From contig OZ360231.1 in the NCBI GenBank assembly GCA_977017645.1, positions 19,220,001 to 19,284,000 on the forward strand: a stretch of DNA of 64,000 bases, in the 5' to 3' direction. The translations under genes were made by a program, and so were the position numbers. The stretch comes from Torpedo marmorata. Its lineage: Eukaryota. This document shows positions 1 to 13,132 of the stretch, in pieces. Under the pieces are notes generated by a model. That model worked only from the letters and a program-made list of their open reading frames with translations. It was not told the DNA's origin and made no database searches. Positions within the stretch are counted from its first letter, which is position 1; each line of letters begins with the position of its first letter.

Positions 1-1470
1 ATGAAATGGGTGGCTTACAACTTCCTAATTTTCAAAATTATTATAAAGCAGCTCAATTAAAATTTGTTAATGAATTTTTTGATTCAACTAAATCTCCTGC
101 TTGGATTAAAATAGAATTAAATAATATAGGTGATGACTCCAAAGAAGAAATTATTTATAAATGGGATTCTAAATTAATATCAACAAAGAAAAATTCGCCT
201 ATTTTTAAATATTTGTTAGAAATATGGAACAAGACAGATAAGGAAATAGGTGGAAAAGGATTGATTTCTTCAAGGATGCCTTTATATCAAAATGGATTTA
301 TTCCATTTACTGTTAATAATCAACTATTTAAAATTTGGTTTCAAAAAGGTATTAAAAAGATTAAAGATTGTTTTGAAGCTGGGAAATTTATTACTTTTCA
401 GAGAATGAATGATAAATTTAATATATTAGATAATACACTTTTTGCTTTTTATCAAATTAGAGCTTTTTTGATTGAGAAATTAGGTTATGCTTTGATTTTA
501 CCAAGACAAAATGAATTAGAATTATTAGTTACTAATGGAGATGTTAATAAATTTATTTCTCAAATGTATAAATTGTTTCAGAGGAAATTGCCTAAAATAG
601 GATTACATAAATCAAGATTAAAATGGGAATTAGATTTGAATGTAAGAATAGATGAAAATCATTGGAAAGAATTATGTAAATTCAGTATGACGAAGATCAT
701 TAATGTTAGATACAGATTAGTACAGTATAATTTTTTTCATCAACTATATTTAACACCTAAAAAATTAAAGAAATTTAATCCGACATTATCAGGTTTATGT
801 TTTAGATGTAATAAAGAAGAAGGTTCTTTTGTACATTCTACATGGTTTTGTCCAAAAGTTTATGATTTTTGGTTGAAAGTTAAAAAATGTTTAGATAAAG
901 TATTTAAAATTACATTCCCAATGGATCCTATGATATTTTTGTTTGGAGATATTAGAAAAGTTAGTATTAAGATGAAATTAAATATGTATCAAATAGAATT
1001 TTTGCGAATTGCTTTAGCTGTTTCAAAAAAATGCATTGCTATTACTTGGAAATCTGATTTAGATTTCGGATTAGAAAGATGGCATGCAGAACTTCGTTCG
1101 TGTATACCACTTGAAAAAATTACTTATAATTTACGTAATAAATATCATTTTTTCTTAAAAATTTGGAGCCCATATATGAAAGCTGTTGGTTTAAGGATTT
1201 GAAGATCTCTGGATATCGGATCTACTGGCATACTTGACCTCCATAATAGAATTAGTTTATAGATGGCATTCCCCTTACTTTATCTTTTTCTTTCTTTCTT
1301 TTTTTTAATTTTAACTTTTTATTTTATTTTTATTAGATTAGTGGGGGTGGGGGGGTTGGGGAGGGGAGGGAGGGAGGGAGAAAATGTATCACAAATAATT
1401 TGATAATTTTATATTTTATTTTATGTATTTTGTGATTAAAAATTTTTAATAAAATATTTATTAAAAAAAA
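1..1470 (+). mobile_element. L1/Tx1-clade LINE, 3' end of ORF2 plus 3' UTR and poly(A); truncated by the window edge
   Basis: Open 398-aa frame 6-1202 starting GGLQLPNFQNYYKA with C-terminal zinc knuckle CFRC..H....CP; G-rich UTR tract ~1341-1380; AATAAA 1448-1453; A-tail to 1470. Confidence 0.88.
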
Positions 1471-3062
1471 GAGACCGATTAGTAATGGGTTTAGCAGACC
1501 GCAGTGCCAGACAACGATTACTAAGTCAAAAACAAGTAACACTTGATTCAGCATATGATACAGCCTTGGGTTTCGAAATGGCCGATAATAACTTGGACAT
1601 TAGCCAAGGCGATCCGCTAGTGGTGGGCAGATTTTCCCGCCAAGAATGCTTTTGCTGCGGGAAATGCAATCACAATCCTGATAATTGTTACTTTAAAAGA
1701 TCTACAGGGTCACATCAGAACCAAATGTCCAAGAAACAAAGGTAAAAAGGATAGAAAGAAAGGACTGAAATATGAAAAGCATTCACCCGGAGTAAGGGCG
1801 GTGGAAGAGAAGGATGAAAATACCAGCACCAGCACTGAAATAAACGACTTGGAAGAAGAAAAAACAGTGCAAGTCATGTATGTTCGCGGATTGAACGATA
1901 AAAAATCGGAATTTTACGTCGAAGTGAAAATTAATAACGAACGTCTTCGAATGGAGTTGGACACAGGGGCAGCAGTGTCGTTAATGCCACTATTTTAAAA
2001 AAGATGACTGCTACCCCACCTCACCATTAAAGGGACCGACACGGTGTTAAAAACATTCACTGGGGAGAAGGTCAAGGTGTTTGGAAAATGCAATGTAAAC
2101 GTGAAATATAAAGATCAAACACCGAAAAGATTAACCCTCAACATCGTTGATACAAGGGGCCCGCGCTGTTCGGAAGGAACTGGCTATCACACATTCAACT
2201 AGACTGGATGGAAATTGGATCCATAATGAACTTAGGCCTGGAAGATAAGGCCAAGCAACAACTAGAGCCAGTTCTCAAGAAATACCAGACGGTTTTCGAA
2301 AAAAGCCTGGGAAAAATCCAAGGAGTCCAGGCAAAATTACACCTGAAGTCAGAGGTGGAACCAAAGTTCTTTAAACCCAGAACAGTACCATTTGCAATAA
2401 AAGAAAAAATTGAATCAGAACTTCATAGATTGGAAAAAGAGGGAATACTGGAAAGAATCCAATACAGCGATTGGGCAGCACCCATTGTGCCAGTGCGCAA
2501 AGCCAACGGAGAAATCCGAATTTGTGGTGAATACAAAGTCACCATTAACCAAGCGTTGCAAATACCGGAACATCTTATGCCTAAAGCAGAAGAATTATTC
2601 CAAGCCCTGAACAGAGGAAAGAAATTTACAAAGCTGGACTTATCACAAGCATACCAACAAATAGAAATATGTGGCAATCAATACTCACTTAGGGTTATTC
2701 ACCTATACCCGAAAGCCATATGGGATATCAGCAGCCCCAGCAATATTTCAAGCGACCATGGACAAATTATTACATGGCATTAATGTAGGATGTTACCTCG
2801 ATGACATTATAATTACAGGTCGGGATGACTCTGAACACCTATCCAACCTAGAAAAAGTCCTAACTCGATTGCAACAAGCAAACGTCCGTCTGCGCCGAGA
2901 CAAGTGTGTATTTATGGTACCTTCCGTAACATATTTAGGCTTTACAATTAACAGTGAAGGAGTCCGAATGGACACCGCGGGTACCGAAGCTGTCCGCAGA
3001 GCACCCTATCCCACAAATCGCGCTGAATTGCAGTCGTTCCTGGGTTTGGTTAACCATTATAA
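1471..3062 (+). mobile_element. Degenerate Ty3/Gypsy LTR retrotransposon internal region (gag knuckle, protease, RT)
   Basis: CFCCGKCNHNPDNC zinc knuckle, LDTGA protease, RT motifs WAAPIVPV, KLDLSQAYQQI, YLDD, LQSFLGLVN spread over frameshifted ORFs. Confidence 0.9.
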
Positions 3063-3229
3063 ATACTGCATACATATGTATATATATATTTTTCACAAAG
3101 CATTTATTTTGTTGTGACGTCCTCACTCATATATACAGTGTGTGGCAGGAGAACCATTTTAGATTTGTATTAAACGGTTAATGAAGCATCTTGCCTTCAT
3201 CTACAGTGTATTTCTAAACATAGAATACA

Positions 3230-3460
3230 TGACAGATCTCTGAGGCACACCACTAGTCACAGGCCTCCAGTCAGAGAGGCAATCCTCTGCTACCACTCTC
3301 TGCCTTCTCCCGCAAAGCCAATGTCTAATCCAATTTACTGCCTCATCCTGAATACCGAGCGACTGACCCTTCCTGACCAACCTCCCATGCGGGACCTTGT
3401 CAAAGGCCTTATGAAAGTCCATGCAGGTAACATCCACGGACAGCCTCTCCTTCACCAACT
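3230..3460 (-). mobile_element. CR1 LINE RT fragment
   Basis: MDFHKAFDKVPHGRLVRK...VTSGVPQ in ORF 3201-3707(-). Confidence 0.85.
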
Positions 3461-4323
3461 CTCTGCACCTGAATCTGCATCGGCTCCAAGGCCGGTGCAA
3501 CCTCTCTAAGGCGAGGGGAGAAATCGGCCTTTTGTGTTCAGCTGGAAGGAGCCTTGAACAGCCAAAGGGAGTTGTAGAGCTGTTGGATCTTCCTTTGTTT
3601 GGACGCGAGGGGGAGGGGAAAGGAGAAAAGTGTTTGGTCTGCACTTTTCTTTGTACTCTCTTCCTCACCAGCACTGCGAGACATTCCTGCTCCACACAGC
3701 TTGTCATCAGTGCACTGTGAAAGCAGCATTAATCATGCAATACAACAATAATCCCCTTCAGAAAGGCACTCAGCTTTTGATGAAACAAAAATCATACCGA
3801 ATTGTATTGGGATTTGAATCCCAATGCCCGGTGATATTTTGCAATATCACTTTCAAACTGTGTTCTGTCATGAATGATTCCATCAAGACATTTTTTTTTC
3901 TCTCTGGCTCGTTGATTTAAAGCAAAAAAAAGCTTCAGGTGTTTTGCATTCAAAGTGGCGGGGAATGGTTTTGCTCTCCGAGTGAAGGCTTCACTGGGGA
4001 AATGTATTAGTGAGACGTGCACTAAGTGCAGATTCTGGGATCTCGGGCAAATAACGGGCTGCTGGAGGGCCTCCGAGTCAGGCAGCATCCGTGGAGAGAC
4101 AAGATCAGTCACCTTTTCGGGTCGGGACCCTTTATCTAAGTTCAAAGTTCAGATTTATTGTCAAGAGTAGATACATGACATCACATACAACCCTGAAGTT
4201 CTTTTACCTACGGGTGAGGCAGAATTACCACTTATCGGTATTGTAAACTGTACTCAAGAAAAATATATGTATATGACAGAGAGAAATGTAAACAATCTGT
4301 GCAAATACAGAAAAAAATAAATA

Positions 4324-5001
4324 CAGTAAAACCCCTGGTACCGGGCACCTATGGAGATTGGTAGATGCCGGATAAGTGTATTTTCCGGTTGCTTGAGACT
4401 TAACTCTTACAATGCCCAACTAATACACCTGCATTAAGAATAAACAGATTAAAAGACAAAAGTACTCTACTGTACTTACACTGAACAAACTTCACTTGCA
4501 TGAATCTATAAACCTTAAAGCATTTTACTTTATTTTCAGTCACATTCTTTGAAAATATTTAAACCGTCGCTGCATCTGCAGGTTCCTCCCCCTCCACAGA
4601 GCTGCCTGAAAGACGACAATAATTAACTCCCCCCCCCCTCCCCCAAGTTTACAGATAAAGCCTCTGACTGGGGTGACTCTTACTAAGCAGGGATAAGGCG
4701 ACACTTTAAGAGAGTCACCCCAACGGCGAGCGGCATCAACCAGCTCTTCATCCTGGGCGACCATTGCTGTTTCACACAACTTTATTCAAACAGCTGCTAC
4801 GAGCAAAGCATGACCAAAGCACTCCGCTGGCTGAATATTTGCTCACATCTTCACCAAAGATTTATGTGTTACTTCAGAGAACATTTACTTTTACAATTTT
4901 AAATGTACGTATTTTTACCTATTATTTTATTCTTAATTATTTAAATTTTTTATCCCGTTTTTTTTTTTTCGCTTGAATTCTGGATACCAGGTGTTTTACT
5001 G
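4324..5001. mobile_element. Non-autonomous pogo/Tigger-like DNA transposon
   Basis: TIRs CAGTAAAACCCCTGGTA / TACCAGGTGTTTTACTG; TA duplication at 4322-4323 and 5002-5003. Confidence 0.85.
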
Positions 5002-5533
5002 TATTCAGTATTTATATATTCACTGCAAAGTAAGTGTCCTTAAACGAGTCTCTGATTGAGTTTGATGTTGAGGAGTCTGATGATGGAGGGGTAGCAGCTG
5101 TTCCTGAACCTGGTGGTATAAGTCTTGTGGCACCTACACCTCTTTCCTGATGGCAGCAATAAGAACCGAGCAAGTCCTGGCTGGTGTGGATCCTTGATGA
5201 TGGCTGCTGCTCTCCAACGGCAGCGTTACCGGTAGATATTCTCGATGGTGGGGAGAGTTTTGCTTGTGATGTACTAGCCTGTGATGTACATTACCTTTTG
5301 CAAAGCTATCCGCTCAGAGGTATTGGTGCAGCATGCAGCCGGTCAGCACACTTTCCACAACACATCTATAGAAGTTTGCCAGGATTTCCGATGTCATGCC
5401 AAATCTCTGCAAAATCCTGAGGAAGTAGAGGCATTGACATGCTTTCTTCTCAATGACATTTGTGTGTTGGGTCCAGGAAAAGACCTCCGAGATAGTGACT
5501 CCCAGGAATTTAAATTTGCTCACACTTTTCACC

Positions 5534-8247
5534 CATTTTGGAAGGACAAACCAAGAAAGGACATACACGGTAAATGGTAGGGCACTGAGGAGTGCGGTAG
5601 AACAGAGGGACCTGGGAATACAGATACTTAATTCCCTGAAAGTGGCGTCACAGGTGGATAGGGTTGTAAAGAGAACTTTTGGCATATTGGCCTTCATAAA
5701 TCAAAGTATTGAGTACAGGAGTTGGGAGGTTATGTTAAAGTTGTAGAAGACATTGGTGAGGCCACATTTGGAGTATTGTGTGCAGTTTTGGTCACCTAAC
5801 TACAGGAAAGATATATAACCATATAACAATTACAGCACGGAAACAGGCCATTAGGCCCTTCCAGTCCGCACCGAACCAAACATTCCTATCTAGTCCCACC
5901 TACCTGCACCCTGCCCATAACCCTCCACTTCCTTCTCATCCATATACTTGTCCAACTTTTTCTTAAATAATAAAATTGACTCTGCCGCCACTACTTCTCC
6001 CGGAAGCTCATTCCACACCGCTACCACTCTCTGAGTAAAGAAGTTCTCCCTCATGTTACCTCTAAACCTCTGCCCCTTAATTCTTAGCTCATGTCCTCTT
6101 GTTTCAATCTCTCCTGTTCTTAATGGAAATAGTCTATCCACATCCAATCTGTCTATCCCCTTCATAATTTTAAATACCTCTATCAAATCCCCTCTCAACC
6201 TTCTACGCTCCAAAGAATAAAGACCTAATCTGCTCAATCTCTCCTTGTACTCTAGATTCTTAAACCCAGGCAACATTCTGGTAAACCTTCTCTGCACTCT
6301 CTCCACCTTGTTGATATCCTTCCTATAATTTGGCGACCAGAACTGCACACAGAACTCTAAATTAGGCCGCACCAAAGCCTTATATAATCTCAACATCACT
6401 TCCCAACTCCTATATTCTATGCAATGATTGATGAAGGCCAGCATACTAAAAGCCTTCTTCACCACCCTGTTCACATGAGTTTCCACCTTCAGGGAACGAT
6501 GCACCGTTATTCCTAAATGTTTCTGCTCTTCTGTATTCATCAATGCTCTCCCATTTACTACATATGTCCTGTTCTGATTCTTCCTACCAAAATGAAGCAC
6601 CTCACACTTATCAGCATTAAACTCCATCTGCCATTTTTCAGCCCACTTTTCTAAGCAGCCCAAATCCCTCTGCAATCCTTGAAAACCTTCTTCATTATCC
6701 ACTATTCCACCTATCTTAGTATCATCTGCATATTTACTAATCCAGTTTACCACCCCATCATCTAGATCATTGATATATATAACAAACAACAACGGGCCCA
6801 ATACAGATCCCTGAGGCACACCGCTGGTCACCTGCCTCCAACCTGACAGACAATTATCCACTACCACTCTCTGGCCTCTCCCTTCCAGCCAATGTTCAAT
6901 CCATTTGACTATCTCAGAATTTATACCTAAAGACTGCACCTTCCTAACTAACCTTCCATGCGGAACCTTATCGAAGGCCTTACTGACGTCCATATAGACA
7001 ACATCCACCACGCTACCCTCATCCACATTCCTAGTCACCTCTTCAAAAAATTCAATCAGATTGGTCAAACAGGACCTTCCGCTCACAAATCCGTGTTGAG
7101 AGTTCCTGATCAGACCCTGTCTATCCAGATATTTGTAAGTACTATCTCTGAGAACTTTCTCCATTAATTTACCTACCACAGACGTCAAACTTACAGGCCT
7201 ATAATTGCCAGGCTTCCTCCTTGAACCCTTTTTAAATAACGGAACCACATGCGCAATACGCCAATCCTCCGGCACTATCCCCATCTCTAATGACGTTTGG
7301 AAAATCACCGTCAGAGCCACTGCTATTTCTTCGCTTACTTCTCTCAAGGTCCTGGGGAAGATCCCATCGGGTCCCGGAGACTTATCCACCTTTATATGCC
7401 TCAAAAGCCCTAACACTACATCTTTTGTAATCCTTATATTCTCCATATTTATCCAATTTGCTTTTTTTATCTGGCATATCTCAATATCCTTCTCCTTGGT
7501 GAATACCGAAGAAAAGAAACTGTTCAATATCTCCCCCATTTCTCTAGGCTCCACACACAGTTTTCCGCTCTGATTCTCTAAGGGACCAATTTTGTCCCTC
7601 GCTTTCCTTTTACCATTAACGTATTTGTAAAAACCTTTTGGATTAATTTTCACCCTGCTTGCTATAGTCTCTTCATACCTTCTTTTAGCTTTCCTAATTC
7701 CTCTCTTAAGATTCTTTTTACATTCAATGTATTTTTCAAACATTTTTCAATAAGATAGAAAGAGTGCAGAGAAGATTTACTAGGATGTTGCCCGGACTTC
7801 AGGAACTGAGTTACAGGGAAAGGTTAAACAGGTTAGGACTTTATTCTCTGGAGCATAGAAGAATGAGGGGAGATTTGATAGAGGTATTTAAAATTATGAG
7901 GGGGATAGACAGAGTAAATGTAGATAGGCTTTTTCCACTGAGGGTAGGTGAGATACAAACCAGAGGACATGGGTTAAGAGTGAAAGGGGAAAAGTTTAGG
8001 GGGAACATGAGGGGGAACTTCTTCACACACAGAGTGGTGGGAGTGTGGAACGAGCTTCCAACTGAAGTGGTGAATGCGGGCTCAATTTTAACATTTAAGA
8101 GGAATTTGGACAGGTACATGGATGGGAGAGGTATGGAGGGCTATGGACTGGGTGCAGGTCAGTGGGACTAGGCAAAACAAAATGGTTCGGCACCGACTAG
8201 AAGGGCCGAAGGGGCCTGTTTCTGTGTTGCAATGTTCTATGGTTCTA
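5534..8247 (+). mobile_element. CR1 LINE 3' fragment (5534-5815 and 7747-8247) interrupted by an inverted CR1
   Basis: HFGRTNQERTY...YRKDI joins to NKIERVQRRFTRML...GQWD*; identical in layout to the copy at 33563-34485; (TTCTATGG)n tail. Confidence 0.88.
5816..7746 (-). mobile_element. CR1 LINE, 5'-truncated, uninterrupted 617-aa ORF2 RT region
   Basis: ORF 5890-7743: KSPGPDG, NYRPVSLTS, GVPQGSVLGPLLF, YADD; 3' UTR with (GTTATATG)n tail. Confidence 0.95.
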
Positions 8248-8294
8248 TGATCCCCCAGTGATCACTGGATCGTACACCACTGGTTTTCCCTTCG

Positions 8295-8620
8295 AGTGGG
8301 AAGGGGAGATATCAATGATATCAAGGGTTGGAAGAGGCTGTGGAGGGGTTGTGATGTGATAGGGTGTTGGACCGGAGGTGGAGCAGGTAGAGGGAGAGAG
8401 CACTGGCAGGGAGAAGGTTAGAGTGAGCAGTAAGAACTGGAGTAGTTACAGAGATGGAACCAGATGTTGAATACCAAAAATAAGGAATATCGATGTTCAC
8501 GCTGTTATGCTTAAGGAATGTGATGTGTTGTTCCTCAGGTTTACGTCAGGCTTCACCCTGACAATAAACGAGGCTGAGGACAAACATATTTGTACAGGAA
8601 TGGTGAAGGTAATTGAATGA
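8295..8620 (-). mobile_element. Degraded Penelope-like element 3' fragment
   Basis: Resembles the reverse complement of the GIY-YIG C-terminus and pyrimidine-rich tail at 31638-32140. Confidence 0.5.
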
Positions 8621-8629
8621 TTATGAAAA

Positions 8630-8995
8630 TAGGTTTATTGTCATAAACATTGTGCTATGCACATGTGCTCCGAAATTCTTACTTGCTGCAGCCGAACAGT
8701 GACTTTTAAAGAAATAAATACATTAAATGAAAAATAGATTAAAAAATACAATATATAGGTAGTTAATTACAGTTACCATAGTGCAAGAGAAAAAAAATGT
8801 GCCGTTACAATAGTGTAAGCAGTCTGGAGCAGTTTATGATTCATGTACCACGGGGAGGTTCAAGAGCCTGATAGCTGTTGGAAAGAAACTGTTCTTGAAT
8901 CTAGAGGTGCTGGTCTTCAGGCTTCTGACCTTCTGCTCGAAGGGAGCAGTGAGAAGAGGTTGTGGCCAGGGTGATGGGCATGATGTTGGCTGCCT
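8630..8995 (-). mobile_element. Rex1/Babar-like LINE 3' end
   Basis: RSLKTSTSRFKNSFFPTAIRLLN in ORF 8834-9133(-); tttattgtc tail. Confidence 0.75.
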
Positions 8996-9002
8996 TTTTA
9001 AA

Positions 9003-9232
9003 TGTTTTTTTAAATTAGAGGTGCAACACAGTAACCGGCCCTTCCAGCCCACAAACCCGTGCCGCCCAATTAACCTACAACCCCGAACATTTTGAACGAT
9101 GGGAGGAAACCGGAGCACCCGTGGAAAACCCACGCAGACCGGGAAGAACGTACAAACTCCTTACAGACCGCGTCGGATTCGAACCCGGGTTGCTGGCGCT
9201 GTAATAGCGCCGCACTAACTGCTACGCTAACC
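9003..9232 (-). mobile_element. tRNA-derived V-SINE (HE1-like)
   Basis: B-box GGTTCGAATCC, V-domain GGAGTTTGTACGTTC...GGTTTCCTCCCA, CR1-like 3' tail. Confidence 0.85.
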
Positions 9233-9474
9233 TGGACATTTCAGCTCTGTGACTTGTTACATTTGGTTCACTGATGCCCACATGGGTATGCAATGGGATT
9301 GTCTTAAAATTGCTGAAATTTCTGTGCTGACAGATACTGTGTGTTTACACTGATCCTGGACTTGTTTGAATCTCAGCTCAACGCTGAGTCACACAAGAAG
9401 CTTGTACCACAACTGCTTATCACAGCCGAGTTGTGGGGATCACTCAGTTGTGCTGACTTCAAGTCATTCAGCAA

Positions 9475-9930
9475 GAGGAAAGATAACATTAAGCTAGAAA
9501 GGGTGCAGAAAATATTCAGGAGAATGTTACCAGGACTGGGTACTTGAATTGTAAGGAGTGGCTGGGAATTTTCTCCCTGGAGGATAGGAGGCTGAGGGTT
9601 GACCTTATTGAGGTTGATAAGATCATTAGAGGCACATATAAGGTAAATGGTCTTTTTTCGCAAAGGTGGGGAAAACTAAAGCGCGTAGATTTAAAGTGAG
9701 AGGGAGAAGATTTAAAAGGGACCTGTGGGGCATGTTTATCACCCAGAGGGTGGTGGGTATGTGGGAAGGAGGTGGTAGAGGCAAGGGCAATTGTAATGTT
9801 TGAAAGACACTTGGACAGGTCCATGGATTGGAAAGATTGACAGGGATTATGGGCCGAACGCAGGCAAATGGAACTAGCTTGGGGAGAGAACTGAATCAGC
9901 ATGGACAAGTTATTTACTGGGCTATAAAAC
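9475..9930 (+). mobile_element. Old CR1 3' fragment
   Basis: KLERVQKIFRRMLPGL and degenerate ORF2 C-terminus. Confidence 0.75.
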
Positions 9931-9979
9931 AATCAACCAGATTTAACCCTTTGGACTCTGGCCATTTTTAATCTTTCAT

Positions 9980-10224
9980 AATTTTAAAAATGTAGACATA
10001 CAGCACGGTAACAGGCCATTTCGGCCCACGGGCCCATGCCGCCTAATTATACCCAATTGACCTACACCCCGGTACGTTTTGAACGGTGGGAGGAAACCGG
10101 AGCCCCCGGGGAAAACCAACGCAGACACAGGGAGAACGTACAAACTCCTTACAGACAGCACAGGATTCGAACCCCAGTCCCGATCGCTGGCGCTATAAAG
10201 GCGTTGCGCTAACCGTGCTGCCCT
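9980..10224 (-). mobile_element. V-SINE (HE1-like)
   Basis: Reverse complement of the copy at 50044-50297. Confidence 0.88.
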
Positions 10225-10781
10225 TCCGGACTAGGTCCATGGGTAAACCTTTACAGTACAAACACCAGTACGAACCAGCTGGTGGTTGGCTATGAAACCA
10301 GTCCCGGAAAACCGGGACACGGAGAATATACGCGCTTGCTGGTTATCCCAGAAAATCAGGACATGGAGTCCAAAAGGTTAAGGAAGTTTTTGAATCCCAA
10401 ATAAGGAAGTTTGAGAAGATAAATTTGGAAAAAGAAGGCAGCATGGACTGAGAGGTCAAGTCCTGCATTGTAACAGTTCCAGGATTCAACGGGGAGGCTG
10501 GAAAATAGGGAATATTTTCCTTGTAGTAGAGAACATTGAGAGAGATTTTCAAACCCTTGAAATGTATTGATGAGATGGGAAAAGAATTGTTCCTTGGACC
10601 GGTGACTCTGTGAACAAAGGGATACAAATGAATACAATTAGAGAAGAGCTGGAGACACAATGAGGAATGGTGGAAGGAAGCCATTTATCCCATCATTCCA
10701 TAGCTGTCTGGTTATCACCATTTATTGGCTCTTTCAGCCAGGCAATTTAGGAAACTTGAGTGTTCATCCAGTTCTTTTTAA

Positions 10782-12270
10782 AGTTCAAAGTTCAGATTTA
10801 TTGTCGGAGTACAGACATGACATCACATACAACCCTGAGATTCTTTTTCCTGTGGGCCAGGCAGAATTTCAACTTCAAGATTCAATTTATTGTCATAGTA
10901 ATAAGACAGTGTCATATTCCATGAAATTTCTTTTTGCCTGCTGCAAGGCAGACAGATTCGCCACTGGCAGAAATTGCCTAAGTGCCTCTAACATTCCTTA
11001 CAGTCAGAGAAAGAGAAGCAAAAGAGAGTCCCCCCAGAGTCACCGAGTGTCCATAGATTCGCCTCCAGCGCTTCCGCAGCCTCCGCAGCAACACAGAGTC
11101 CGGTCCAAACCATCGGCAACCCGAGCTCCAGATCCGAACCTCCAACACGGTCAGGTCGCCCTCGGCACCCCCTCGCATCCCGGTTCCGATACCTGGTACT
11201 CCTCCAGCCAGTTGGAGCCAGCCTCCAGCAGTCCGCAGCCTGGCGTGAGTCCCCCGACAGCAGTCTCCAGCAGCCCACAGCCTCCGCGGGTTCCTCACCT
11301 CGAGTCGCCAGCAGCCCGCCGCATGCACTGGTCCTTCAGCCTCAGAGCCCCTCACCGGTCCGCCGCCGTGGTCACCGTCCCGTGGGTCGTCTCCTCCGCT
11401 TCTTCTTCTCAGACGGGGGGGTGATCTTCCCGTCCTCTGGTGCCTTGCTCCAGTCCCCCGCTTCCCCGGAGTCTGCAGCCCCTCGTGGCTGCTGCCGATT
11501 AAAAGGCGCTGCCATCTTGGGCGCAGACCCCGTGGTCGCGGGATCTTAAATATAACCACTGTCGGCTCCTTTAAAGCCCGTGCGGAACCGACGGCAGTCG
11601 ACTGGGTGGCTGGACCCCGCGGAAGTGCTCCATCTCCGCTCCACGCGGGTCCGCACCAGCGGCTCCGGCAGCGCCGCCATTATGTCTGTTTGAAATGGGG
11701 CCTACTTTTTTTGCAACTTATCAGTAATGCAAAAAACTATCCACAAAAAAAGATACATATACAAAAGAGAGAAACATAAACAAAGAATGAATGCAAACAA
11801 ACTGTGTGATACAGAAAATAAATATTTAATAATAAATAAAGTGCAAAGTAAAAGTCCTTAAATGACTCCTTGATTGAGTTTGTTGTTGAGGAGTCTGATG
11901 GTGGAGGGGTAGCAGCTGTTCCTGAACCTGGCGGTGCGAGTCTTGTGGCACCTATACCTCTTTCCTGATGGCAGCAGCGAGAAAAGTGCGTGTGCTGGGT
12001 GGTGTGGATCCTTGATGATTGCTGCTGCTCTCCGACAGCAGTGTTCCCCATAGATGTCCTCGATAGTGGGGAGGGTTTTGCCTGTGATGTAAAAACACAA
12101 CGCTGGAGAAACTCAGCAGGTCAAACAGTGTACTTTATATAGCAAAGATAAAGATACTTGACCAATGTTTTGGGCTTGAGCCCTTCATCAAGGTATGTAC
12201 TGAGCTATGTCCAATACCTTCTTGCAGGGCTTTCCGCTCAGATGTATTGGTGCCCCCATACCAGGCCATA
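10782..12270 (-). mobile_element. Rex1/Babar-like LINE 3' fragment with two nested insertions (~10875-11713 and ~12090-12197)
   Basis: [20 protein letters not shown]...[15 protein letters not shown] (11858-12100 -); 3' UTR split at ~10874/11714. Confidence 0.8.
10875..11713 (-). mobile_element. GC/CpG-rich non-autonomous retroelement with LINE-type 3' tail
   Basis: Begins ttcaagattcaatttattgtc (reverse LINE tail), GC-rich body with no recognisable ORF, CAACTT repeated at both junctions (10870, 11714). Confidence 0.55.
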
Positions 12271-12311
12271 CCTTTGGGAGGACCTGGTGGACTCCATTTA
12301 TATTTTCCTAG

Positions 12312-12790
12312 ACCATAAGACCTTAGGAGCAGAATTAGGCCATTTCATCCATCGAGTCTGCTCTGTCATTCAAATCATGGATGATGCATTTTTCCTCTCA
12401 ACCCCATTCTTGTACCTTTTTCCCGTACCTTCTGGCACCCATTCTGATCAAGAACCCATCATCCTCTGCTTTAAATCTGCCCAATGACTTGGCCTCCATA
12501 TCTGTCTGTGGCCATACCCTCTGGTCATAGACTCTTCCACTGATGGGAACATCTTCTCCACATCCACTCTATCCAGCCCTTTCAATATTCAGAAGGTTTG
12601 AATGAGATCTTCCCCCTCATCCTTCTAAACACCATTGAGTACAGTCCAAGAGCCATCAAATGCTCCTCATACATTAACCCTCACATCCCCGGGATCATTC
12701 TCGTAAACCTCCTCTGCACCTTCTCCAGCGTCAGCACATCCTTCCTTGGATATGGGGCCAAAAACTGCTCACAATACTCCAAATGTCCTC
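12312..12790 (-). mobile_element. CR1 3' fragment
   Basis: Reverse strand reads LEYCEQFLAPYPRKDVLTLEKVQRRFTRMIPG; accataagacc tail. Confidence 0.75.
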
Positions 12791-12811
12791 ACAACTCTAG
12801 TTTCTTGTATA

Positions 12812-13132
12812 CAGGCAGTCCCCGGGTTACGAACGAGACCCGTTCCTAAGTCTGTCTTTAAGTCAAATTTGTAGGTAAGTCGGAACAGGTACATACAGTT
12901 CTTATTTAGCATCAGTTAGTCAAATTTCTTGAAGTAGGCATCAAGGGAGGCTTTCCTTGCATCGGATTTACGCTTTGGAGGCATGGTTACAAGGGTAAAT
13001 AACCATGATCCGACTTAAAATGGCGGACGGCGTTCTCCTTCCTCTAGCCGATGAACCGCTGAAGCCGCGCATAGTCCGTTCGTAAGTATGAGTTGTCCGT
13101 AAGTCGGACGTTCGTAACCCGGGGACTGCCTG
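12812..13132. mobile_element. Tigger/pogo-like MITE, 321 bp
   Basis: Perfect 24-bp TIR CAGGCAGTCCCCGGGTTACGAACG; TA at 12810-12811 and 13133-13134. Confidence 0.92.

Larger units (their letters stand above)
4140..8293 (-). mobile_element. Rex1/Babar-like LINE 3' fragment split by nested insertions (own sequence ~4140-4323, 5004-5533, 8248-8293)
   Basis: Pieces are reverse-complement matches to the uninterrupted copy at 28770-29968 ([29 protein letters not shown], same 3' UTR). Confidence 0.8.

Noticed and set aside
10660-11559. 254-aa and 193-aa ORFs as host genes
   Set aside because: They span TE junctions and a GC-rich element, and show no recognisable domain.
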